Assembly: GCF_964204645.1 (NCBI RefSeq)
Contig: NC_134027.1
Span: forward strand, 21,910,560-21,974,559
Direction: 5' to 3'
DNA: 64,000 nucleotides
Source of the DNA: Tubulanus polymorphus
Lineage: Eukaryota; Animalia; Nemertea
A program made the position numbers and the translations under genes. Positions within the stretch are counted from its first letter, which is position 1; every line of letters begins with the position of its first letter. The notes beneath the pieces were generated by a model. The model did no database searches. It was not told the DNA's origin and worked only from the letters and a program-made list of their open reading frames with translations. This document shows positions 53,148-64,000 of this stretch, piece after piece.

Positions 53148-53229
53148 GTAGTCGTGGCCGAGTGGTTAAGGCGATGGACTAGAAATCCATTGGGATCTTC
53201 CCGCGCAGGTTCAGATCCTGCCGTCAACG
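53148..53229 (+). pseudogene. trnS: tRNA-Ser(AGA) degenerate copy
   Basis: Body nearly identical to 47638-47719, but the T loop reads TTCAGAT and the acceptor stem GTAGTCG/CGTCAAC has two mismatches. Confidence 0.8.
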
Positions 53230-56200
53230 AACGGAACCTGCCATTTGGAACTTTAGTCCTAGCGAGCTATGCATTCAGTTTTGGTTCGTCGTTCGGACGA
53301 CGAACTACAATTGAACGCCTGTCCATTCGTTGTTTGCTTTATGTTCCGTGGATCTGGCCCGACCTCGCTCGATGGAAGTGAAATCTTCAATTTCCACGAA
53401 CGAACTTAGAATAATTTGCCAATGAATACTGGATTCGGTCACTATACTACGACAAACGCTGATCCACTAAGGGTCAACTCCGTAATCGACGCATATTCGA
53501 CGACTGTATTTTCAATTGGAATCTTGCAAACGTTTCTGTGGTGGAATAAATAAATTTTCAAGTAGCTATGCCATCATATGCCACGATAAACAGTTGACAT
53601 ATATTACATGGAGCTTTCAACGAACTAATCCAGGGAGAAACACACTAAATGATTGGAAGGTTGCACCTTCTTCGTCATTTTTTATAAAAAGGGCTAAGAA
53701 AAAAAGGGTATTTTCATTTTGCAGAACACCCACGGCCAACAAGATCAGTGACGTCGTATAGTGGTTTGGCTTTTACTATAGCGAACGCGAAAGTAACCCA
53801 GAAATAAATCTTAATATAACGAAATTGTATAAAGAAGAAAACAATGTTGAATGTTTATTGACGCCACTAGAAATTACGCTCACATTGCTTAATTCTGTTG
53901 ACGGGTTCTAATGTAAAATAAAAATAGTATCTAGGACCAAAAATATTTTTGTTTTCAATTTGAATATATCAATAATTGAATTGAATTGACCAACAACCAG
54001 TCTATCCCCGATATGTTGATGACGTAGTGAAGTTTTTCGAATATAAAATAAAAGTTATGAAATATGATTACGAAATAAACAGCAAAATTTACGACTGTAA
54101 TTGTTATTTTGAAACATCAATATTAATGACGTAGTGCACATCGACTCACACAGGAGCCCTTAAATGACGAATAGTAGTAATCAGTGTAAACTAACATTCT
54201 TATAACAGTTTTTAGGGCGTCAAAAATCAATTACTAATATATATATAGGAACGATTCATTTCAGCTGATTTTATCTAATTATTTTTAACTTGTCGAGAAA
54301 TATTCCACGTCATTGTTATCTACTTGATTATTCACCAGTCCTGGAAGTGGTTGTTTCTACTCAACAGCGCTCTGTGATCATCTGTACCCAACCTGTGGTA
54401 ACATCGTCGGACACTGTGGAGGAACAGATTGCTAATTTTCGAAATGATGTAGAAAGCTCATCCAGCCGAGCTGAAAGGAAAATTCAATAGGCACTAACAG
54501 TGATTTTGGGATATCGGAAACATATGAAATTCTAAATCTTCGTCTTGTCATATGTGAAGAAGATATTTAACCAGCCAATAATCAACTTTTGCGTCATTGA
54601 TATAAACATCCGAATTATGTATAAACCTTGATTGGAGTACAATATATAATTTCATTTGAAATATTTTAGTTCAGTGGTAAACCACTACACTCCATGAAGT
54701 GTCATCTGTGTACTGTTTCCACGATACGTTTAAATTACCTTCATGCAGAATTTTTTGTCCTCCATATCGAGATCCGCATCAATAGTTTTTATGTAGCTTG
54801 TATAGAGACACGCCGATCTGTCTTCGTCCTCGGGCTGAAACAAGAATAAACCGAACAAATTTTCTATATAAGTTGTTTCGGGAAGCGGTAACTCAACGCA
54901 TTCGGTTGATTACTGACTTTTTTCGAGAGTGCGCGGATACGAATTTGCATTGCTTTTATGACGTTCCAAATATATCCGAAAAGAGACGTCGGGTTTACGA
55001 CATCAATTTCCGATCCCAATAACAACTTGTCCATACTGTAACCACGATCCCTGATGAACGACATTACCTCCGCGTGCGAGACCTAAAAAGATGAGTTCGA
55101 CAATACTGCTTCTTAATCCCAGGGCGTTATATATCGATAGTCGTTTTCGAACTTGACAACCTGTGAGCAGTGAGTTCAGAAAATCACTCGGAACAAGGCC
55201 CAATGTACCTGGTTGTTCGAATTCCGATCCAAAGCTTTCAACATTTCATCACATTTATCCCGGTCCTCATTAAAAAGTAGGCGAAAGTCTTCATCTGACA
55301 GCAGATCCTTCTGAAAATGTAGATCAAATTGCTATCATGCGTACGTATCAATTAAGTTGAACTGTTGTGTTAACATGTATATACTATGTAATGATAATTT
55401 TGCAACAAACGTCTTACATTTTCAAAGGCGGTTCTCAGTTCATCTGCATCGATTAATCGGTCATTATTTTCGTCAGATGTATGTAGACTACGGATAACAC
55501 GTTTCATTGCCCCGGCTAGTTTGACATTCTTTACATGCCCAGTTCTTTTCGCGATTGTCTCTTCACCGCGTTTTCTGGTAAAGGAAAGTTAACATAACTG
55601 CAGCAAAGCCAGGTTCAGTTGGCCTGGCATGTGTTTTTGTTTTTTTTCTAGGATTTAACCATATTTCGATCAAACCATGTTGCTATGGCTGGGTATGCCG
55701 ATTTACAAACGATAGAAACGATAGTTACTTAATTTCTACTGTATCCCGGAACTTTGCACAATATTTTTGAAACACAGTGAACATGATTTGACTCATTCAG
55801 AAGTTTAGAAGTTAACGAATTTAAGTTTAATCAACTATGCAACGGATGCTGTAACATTTTGCATGAACAGAATGCGGTTGTAGTTTTACCGTGCAAGTCT
55901 AGTATCAGGATGCTTTGGCCACTCGTATTTCCATTTTTCAAAGAAATCAGCTTTTCCGTGTTCTTCCTCGTCCATGTCAAACTAGTGATTTAATCAACAA
56001 CGGAATAATTTATTCGCATGTGCAATCGGCGTATTGATTATTCACCGAACGATTACCATTTTCCAGGAATAATTACCAGATGAAGCCCGAAAGTTTTTTT
56101 ATTGATGGTGCCAAATGGTTCTACATTCTTGTCAAACATCGCGAAGTAATCTTTGTCCGGATCCATGCTCAAATACCAGCCTTTATAATTTTTGAGATAA

Positions 56201-56239
56201 TTTTGTAATTATTGCTTTCTTAAAGGTTAAGTATTTATT

Positions 56240-56345
56240 TGACGCTCGAGCTTTCGTTACTAATATGTAGAAGCTTCATCAGGTGAATTCACTCATTCAC
56301 CTGATGAAGCTTCTATACGTTAGTAGCGAAGGCTCGTGCGTCAAA
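56240..56345. ncRNA. Inverted pair of Penelope-type hammerhead motifs
   Basis: Plus strand: CAC-CTGATGA-AGCTTCTA..TAGTAGC-GAAG-GCTC-GTG. Minus strand: CAC-CTGATGA-AGCTTCTA..TAGTAAC-GAAA-GCTC-GAG. Confidence 0.55.
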
Positions 56346-57169
56346 TAAAAACTTAACGTATATAACACTACTCGTCTCGTTATTTAGAATTATCTCATTA
56401 AGTCATATCATGTCATTTTCATATATCTCATATTTTTCTAAAAGGATGCGTCAATGTAATTCATTTGTTACCAAGTACTCACCATCGAATGCGTTCATGG
56501 GAAAATTATGTAGCAGGCCTCCGTCCACGAAATAAGATCCCCGGAAAAAGGATGGTTTGACAAGAGCTGGAAAAAGTTATAATTTTAGAATCGAACAGCC
56601 AAAGCCATATAAAAACTACGAGCTTCCTTTTAAGTAATAAGTCAATGCATTTCGAGATACTTATGTGCCAACTTACGTGGAAATGAACATGATATGATCG
56701 CGGCGTATGCAATGGGGACCTGTGGCGTTGTCTTTACGTGGAAATATTCCGGTGTTTGGTGAGTTATATTTGCAACTACTATGCACAATTCGACACCAAA
56801 TTTGTCATACAACTGAAAGACACGTGAAAACTAGCAAAGAACGTGTCCAAGATTTTATCATGAATGAATTTGAGTTGATTATTTTTTCTCGTGTGGAAAA
56901 CTACGGGTATATTTAGGGTTTCTGCCTTTTACCGAAAATCGTATTGCTTTCCTCCGAATTATTGTTTTCAATATAACAGTTATCTGCTTTTTTTGTTTTT
57001 TATCATTCTATTTTTATAATGTTCTATACAAAATCCTATGATTTCATATCTTTCTACTGTATCCTGTGACTTTGCTTTGGTCAAACCTTTAAGTCTTTAA
57101 ATATCAAATCTTCTAGACATCTCCGTAATGTCAATAGTCAAGTATTTTTCAGTCATCTTCTTCTCTGAA

Positions 57170-57530
57170 TCTTATGCCTGTCGTATTAAATTTTAATTTG
57201 CTAATGAACCAGTATGATGAATTCGGAAAGAAATTTTTGTTTCTTTTTGTACCAGCTCGTTCTCTACGGTCTAGTCAGGATCCTATTATTTTAGGCAAAC
57301 ATGTGCCAATACGAAATTTTGGAAGTAGAGCTTCTAAGATCTCAGCACCTCGGTTATTCTTTTCCTAGAACTGTCAGCAAAAGACCATCTATTGAAGCTG
57401 TTATGCGTATTCTTAAAACTTGCCTTTTTAGAAGAACATTTATTTTTTTTTATATTTAATCAATATCTTAGTGTTTTATCATATCTTAATGATTCTTATA
57501 CTTTTATACTTTGTAAAGCGCCTGAAGTAA
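57170..57530 (+). mobile_element. 3' fragment of an L2/CR1-group LINE
   Basis: Translates VPARSLRSSQDP..FGSRASKISAPRLF..LKTCLF, the typical ORF2 C-terminal signature of L2/Crack LINEs, followed by a GTAAAGCGCC tail. Confidence 0.55.
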
Positions 57531-57574
57531 ATTCAATTAGTGATTCTTGATCACTGGATGACTGGTCAATTGGT

Positions 57575-58097
57575 TGACATTACCATCATGCCCATCTCCA
57601 CCATCTCCATTATCTCCACAATCACCTTGCTCAGCATCATCATCACCACTTTCATCTCCATCACCTTCTCCAGCCTCACTGCCATCATCAGCGTCATCTC
57701 CGCCATTTGCAAAATCACCTTATCCAGCATCACCATCTACCACCTTCTCGAGCATCACCAACATCACCATCATCTCTATCACGAGCATCACTGCCATCAT
57801 CACTACCGTCTTCACCATATGCACCATCACATCCACAAAACATCACTACCACCATCACCAGCACCGTCTCCACCATCTGCACCATCGCAATCGCCAGCAT
57901 CCCTATCATCACCATCATCACTAACTTCACCATCATCTCCAACACCAGCATCACCTTCTCCAGCATTACTTTCATCACCATCATCATCGTCCAGTCGACC
58001 AGTCATCTAGTGATCCAGCCATCTAGTCATTCAGTCCGCCAGACATCCAGTCACTCGGTCATCCAGTCACTCGGTCATCCAGTCATTCAGTCGACCA
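57575..58097. repeat. Degenerate (CAT/CAC)n low-complexity tract followed by 12-bp CATCCAGTCANN repeats
   Basis: Direct reading. Confidence 0.9.
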
Positions 58098-61033
58098 GTC
58101 ATCCAGTCATACAGTCAGCTGCGCATATAATGTGTAGGACGGTTGAATATAGATATGTCAATCGTTCTGGAACTTTTTAATCGGATTCTAAATTGGGCCA
58201 AAAAACTAATCATAATCTGCGCTATATGAGACTGGCTTGGTATTAAATAAATACCTTGTAGGAAATCGGTATTAAACAAAAAATGTTCAATTATTTCTTC
58301 AGGGGTCATACCAATTGAACACATCGTGGCTACGACTGACCCTATACTAGTGCCTGCAAAACGTTTTACATTTTTCAGGACTCCCATATCACCCAGTGCC
58401 TGAAACGAATTACTCGACATAGTACGTGAAAAGGTCAAACAAGATTCTATGGAAATCACCAGGCATATGACTGTCGTAAGAATAACAAAAAGACCGAGTG
58501 TATTTTAAATTTGTTTCGAGATTTATGAACATAGACAGCCGTGTCTTTTCGTGTTTTTGAGATAATTTCGATAATCACTGCAATCGATTGGTTCAAATGA
58601 TAAAAGGTAGTAATAGTTATTATGGTAATGAATGACCGCATGATATATGAGGTGAAAATCATTATTGACAATGATGACGTAAGAAGCGCTTGCAAGATAA
58701 GGAATATAGGATGTGAAATGAGTATCATCTTAAGTTACACATGAAGTGTATTGTGATCAATAAAGTGATACGTTCCTCGGTACATGTATCAGATTTATTG
58801 TTACCAGTAGCGCGCCACAATACGCAAGCCCTTTAGTGCCACCTCCTTCAAACACTAGATTCTCGATGTCGTAATTTCGACCGATGAATTTCTTGAAAAT
58901 GGCATCGTCCCTGATATAGTCGACTGCTTCTTGTACGCGCAAGCCACGAGACTGCAAAGACGCACCGCTTCTCATCCCTGAAGTGAATTCGTATTATTTA
59001 CAGAAAGAAAACAAGGAATGAATGCTATGATATCAATTGAATTAAGAAGTACATTATCGGAACAATAAGTTTTTTCTTGTATTTTTCAAAAGAAATAGCT
59101 TAATCATTGCGTGGAGGTCTGACTCCAGTGCATTTTGATTGATACCATTCTACGTTACATAACGTTTACACAGCATTCGACAAATCTAACCATATCTCGT
59201 TTATACGAAAGCGTCCTGGAACGTTATTTGTTGTTTCTTTAATTTTCTAGTTTTTAAGAATCTTATTCCGTTTGAGTAACTCAGAATAGAAAAATTTTGT
59301 GTAAATCTTTCTATAATTTCCGATTCGAAAATACGAAAAAATTAATTTCAATGATTTTATCTTTATACAGTATATAATTAAAAAAAAGAAGTAAAAAAGA
59401 ATAAAAGGCATAATTACATTTTTGCCGATTGAAAATGATGAAAGTAAATAGAAATTCGATTATTTATTAAATCTTATGTTTTTTCAACCGACGGTGGTTT
59501 ATTCCGACTAATTCCCAAAATCAAATCATTTCTAAAATCTAATTTTTTCACGGAATGAAATCCTTTAGGTTTTTTTGGTAAAAACAAAAGAGACAGCTTC
59601 GATCTTACGCCATTTTAAACCATTTTGGCAAGGGTGTATCCTCGCTAGTTTCCAACCTTCAAAATGAAATAGATTTATCTTACACGGTTTTCAATGTTAT
59701 TTACTAATTTTTACGAAAATCACGCGTTATATGAAGTGTGTAGAGCGCTAACGAGGGAAAGCGCAGGCACACGGTGCACGCTGAGTAATATAGAATGTCA
59801 ACGCGTCCTACCGGGGTGACATAGTAGTAAACGATTTGATTCCCTGAAAAAGAGTCGGAATTAAATCGCCGGCCAAAAAAGATGTAATTTAATAAGTAAT
59901 GCTTTATTTCTGTAAAAGAGCCGAATCAAATCTATGTAAAATCGAATTTCTATATGATTTTATGATTCTTCGATTGGCATAAAATAATCATGCTCTCAGG
60001 ACGCGTCCGTAATAGTTATAGGCCTTTATATTATTTGTTGATGAAAAAAACAAGCGAAAAAACTTACTTAGTTTTGACTGCGTGTTTCGCGGTTGTTTTT
60101 CGTTTGATAGAAAGAAATGCGAACGTCACATGTGAGCGCTACGAACTGGCGCCGTCCTTATACAGATTGTCTCAGAAAATGTTTTACCGAAGCGTTAAGA
60201 AAAATAATTCATCAACTATGATCGTAATTAATGAATCCGCGAGATCACGATATCCCTAATGACACAATAGATATAAGATCCCCCAATTTCGCTTGGTATC
60301 TACTTCACATATCATTTTAGACTGACGAGGTGTGGAAGCAACCAGATATAATGAATAATCTGTCAACATAAATGAAAAATCTGATTTTTTTTCTTAAGTA
60401 CTTGGTAGTCAGAATTGCATTTATGAACATTTCCGTCTACGTGGTTTCAGGCGTCACAATTAGCTTTTTATATGATTCAAAATTGCTTTTACTTTGATTG
60501 AAATGAGGCTTATATGATTAAAATGTTTTTTTTTATATTCATAGCCCATATGAACTAATATCTTTTGCTCGGTGTCCCTGAGTGGGAATATTGGTTAATA
60601 CATGTATTCTTGTTACCACATTTCTATTCTAACTTTTAATTCTTCTCGTTGTACTTAAATAAACCTGCGATTAAATTATATTCTATAATTTTATTGAAAT
60701 GAAATCACGGATCTCCTTCACGGAAAAGAGTTTGATCACCAAATCAAAACAAATCAAAGGAAATCTACCCGTCGACTGAATAACAGGGTCGATCCCTACT
60801 TTAAGATGAAAACACAAAAAAGTACCGTAACAAAAAAGGAATAGGAAAAATTCGTTTGCAGCACGCAATATCATACCGGACCTTGATCCTGAAATTGTTA
60901 CTAATCGAATTGACGAATACCTCTCAGTCACCAATCGAGTCTGGATCGGTTGAAATACCCCAAATGATAGACTATAGAAAAGACTTTCAGTCATCCACAT
61001 GTTTAAGGGACATGTTTAAGGGGTAAGATTAGG

Positions 61034-61088
<55 letters not shown>

Positions 61089-61153
61089 TGCGTGCGTGTA
61101 TGCGTGCGTGTATGCGTGCGTGTATGCGTGCGTGCGTGTATGTGTGCGTGTGT
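61034..61153. repeat. (GT)n/(GCGT)n compound microsatellite
   Basis: Direct reading. Confidence 0.95.
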
Positions 61154-63315
61154 GGTATTTCAGCCCTGGAGTTTCGTCCGTAACAATATCTATTTCGATC
61201 GTGTTGAATTATTTCTCTAAATTTAAAAATCTTTTGCGTGTAGCCTTTGCCAAAGGTATCAATCGTTCTGCCTTTGCACGAATTGCATTTACAATTTAGC
61301 CACATCTTCTCTAGGTCTTATTTTCGCTTTAGTCTTTGCTCATCGTAATCTACATCAAAATTACACCGATTCAATTTTACACTTTTTCCAAAACCCGGTA
61401 GAGCTCTAATCGATAGGCTATTTTCATATTTTCATACTGATTTGAGTCTTGTTAACGTAATGTTTCAGATTCGGTTGTTGTATAATGTAACCCGATACAT
61501 GTATCGTTGTAAAATGTGAACTCTTTTTAAGTATAACATCTGAACTGGAGGGAAAATATCTTCCAATACTTTCTCAAACGTTAAATTCGATGAGAGACAA
61601 TGAATTTCACTTTGTTTTCTGTGTCCAATTTAAATGACTATCGAAAGAATCTGTCTGACTATTCGTGGACGACAATTTAACGAAATTATTTTAACAAGGA
61701 ATCCGTGTTGAAAGTTTTTTTTAACGTTTTTTTATCAATTGATTTTAGACGCAAAAATCGCTTTAAATTCCGAGATATCGGTAACCAAAATTTTGAAGTG
61801 GGCCACCGGATCAGGGCAATTGCACGCGGGAACCAGTCAAACTGGAAAACGAAAAACACGGAATCGTTCATACTAATTACCGAGATCAGCGTTTATACCG
61901 ATATGGATTGAAATAGCTCATATTTTGCTTAAGATCTTGGTTTGCCAAGTGTTGCCCGCACAGTAGTGTAAGCAGCAGCGATCGAACCCACTTGTCACTC
62001 GGCACTGATCGATGAATGCCAATGTTATCACAGGCCGCGCAAAATTGATTGCTGGGATCTCGTCATAGTTTTCGACTTGACGAGACCCGGGGAGCGCGAT
62101 GTTCACTTTTTGTTTTCAAAAAGTTGAAATAAAAATGAAAACCTTAACCTTTAAATTTTGACGAGGGCGACGCAATAATAATTTTCTTCAGATAAAAAGG
62201 ATATGCATTATTAAAGAATGAGTGTGAGGGTTTCATTAACATTTTTTGTTTCTTTATTTTTCAGTCAAACATCACAAACATTGTTTCTCATTCTTTAATA
62301 TTTCGGTTTGAACCTTATTCCCTGACCGGAACAAAATTGAAAACTCTAGAAGTTTGAATCACAATGGGCGCATGAGGATTTTATTTTTGATCGATATGAT
62401 TTTACGATGCTCGATGCATAGGCTATATTCAAAATTCACGTGAGATCAGTCGTGACAGGTTTCTAATAAACGGATAAGTCCTCTTTACTTTTCTATCGGA
62501 TAAGAGTTAGGCCCAGGGTGCAGGATAGTTTGATGCTGCTGAAATACTGAGGACTCCTAAAAGCGTTGTCAGCAGAAACAGTCGAAGTGAGAGGCCACGT
62601 AAGTTTGGCGGGCACCAGCTCGTATATTGAAATAAGCTGTTTGTTGAGCATTTCAAAGCGTGGTGTCCTCGGTCCCTAGTTAAGTAACGTTATTCCCTTC
62701 AAAATCCTGATTTAACACCCCTATTCGAACAAACTATGATGTCTGGAAAATTACTGCAACCGCAACTAAGGCCAGTTGCTCGGAAGTTGGTTACTTATCC
62801 GCCGGTTTATTCTGGTGTCTGTGGTTCATGGTCAATTATGGATGTTTCAGGTGAACAGGTTTGAGGTTTTTTTTTCTATAAAAAGAAGAAAAAATTCCCC
62901 ACCTACCTACCCATTTTGGTGATTGCCCCGCCGAGAAACAGGATTTTTTTTGGTGTGGCCTGGGCTGTAGATTGACACCTGTAATAGTTCAGGCAAGCCT
63001 AGATAACTCATATTGATACCTTAAATTGAATAGAATTCTATTCAATCGGTGAGGTGACGTGGTTTGCGTGAGAGAGATATTTATCGAAAGTTCCCACTAC
63101 ATGTAGAAAGATATTTCGGGGAGCATTCTTTGGAAAATGGCTTTTAGTAATAAAACCAAAAATTTAAGTTCTACTTTGACTTTTTGATTATTTATCTTTT
63201 AATCTCGTCGGTGGTTCGTCATAAAACGCGTACGCATAATAGACATGTTTACGCTTATTAGCCATAGCGTGAATATTTAACTTCCACATTGAAGTTAGTA
63301 ACGTTCGCTGCAAAA

Positions 63316-64000
63316 TTATCTATTTCTGCATCTTTGTAAAGCATGAAAAAAACCAAGCGTTTTCAGACTGAGTCGGAATTTAGAATTCATCGACAAATAA
63401 ACGAGGAAATTCAACGCCGAATCGAGAACAACCAAAAGGAGTCCAGTTTTCCTCGTGTATTGTTTGAAATCGTCCGATTTGAATTCAAAACCTGCTATAT
63501 CTGCAACTCGGTCGATGCAAGCCGGCGTTTCACAAATAGTAAAAATCAGTAAAATCGCCGTCACCATTTTATCGGCTTGTCGTTCGCTACGGCTGACTTT
63601 TTGCGGCGGAGAGCTTGCTAGAAACCCCGAACGCCGCGAACGAGCGGAGTAAACTGAACTGAGCAAGCCGACATTAGTAACGTAAAGAATAAGCATCGGA
63701 AACCCGACGAGAGTTCCGAAATAGGTCGTCACATCGTAATGAGTGAATACAACTGGAGCAGCATTCATTATTAGCGAGGTAACTTCATTCAGTGCGCAAT
63801 CTCGAAGAAACTCATATTCAACATTCAAAAACACGTAACGTGGACAACAACAGGCGATAGAAAATATAAACATGAAAAAGATATTGCATTTGCAAAATTT
63901 CCACGTCAAAACTCGTCTGGACCAGAACGGGAATTTAATATTCAGAAAACGATTCACGGAGATGAAAGCGGTTATCCAGTTTCTGGTTTGTTGCATTATG
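63316..64000 (-). CDS. Class A peptide GPCR (FMRFamide-receptor-like), 5' part outside the window
   Basis: TM3-TM7 motifs: NWITAFISVNRF, CCCPRY, GFPMLILYVTN, IFTICETPA, DSALNFLVYLSMNSKFR. Confidence 0.88.
   Translation of the reverse strand, partial: IMQQTRNWITAFISVNRFLNIKFPFWSRRVLTWKFCKCNIFFMFIFSIACCCPRYVFLNVEYEFLRDCALNEVTSLIMNAAPVVFTHYDVTTYFGTLVGFPMLILYVTNVGLLSSVYSARSRRSGFLASSPPQKVSRSERQADKMVTAILLIFTICETPACIDRVADIAGFEFKSDDFKQYTRKTGLLLVVLDSALNFLVYLSMNSKFRLSLKTLGFFHALQRCRNR

Larger units (their letters stand above)
54432..58975 (-). pseudogene. Patatin-like phospholipase with EF-hands, copy 3 (exon 3 not found; otherwise open)
   Basis: Exon 1 at 58975-58805, exon 2 at 58399-58255 (GTSIG), exon 4 at 56812-56677, and exons 5-12 down to TAG at 54432-54434 (YFVDGGLL retained). 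No homolog of the 131-nt exon 3 is visible between 56813 and 58254. Confidence 0.75.

Noticed and set aside
57540-58180. His-, Ser/Pro- or Ile/Thr-rich ORFs
   Set aside because: All frames are open because of a CAT/CAC low-complexity repeat inside an intron.

Overview
AT-rich genomic DNA of an intron-bearing eukaryote, most likely an invertebrate animal. I built the gene models by hand from GT-AG junctions and reading-frame continuity. The window holds three paralogous 12-exon patatin-like phospholipase genes with two EF-hands on the minus strand (two intact, one missing exon 3). It also holds an 8-exon Ig/FN3 type I membrane protein gene, a GPCR pseudogene, a partial peptide-type GPCR, a CBM20-like gene with an in-frame TGA, and two tRNA-Ser(AGA) copies (one degenerate). 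Repeats include many MITEs, Penelope-type fragments and hammerhead motifs, and a 918-bp (TG)n tract. Two loci stand out. (1) A GC-rich, bacterial-type Gfo/Idh/MocA dehydrogenase + DegT/DnrJ PLP aminotransferase fusion gene (41159-45384) has acquired spliceosomal introns. It looks like a domesticated horizontal transfer that could give an animal a two-step 3-amino-sugar pathway. (2) A small spliced gene (50633-50906), absent from the ORF track, encodes signal peptide + acidic propeptide + KR + a 37-aa six-Cys peptide resembling sea-anemone beta-defensin-fold toxins, with a shifted Cys frame. All family assignments come from motif recognition; no database search was run.
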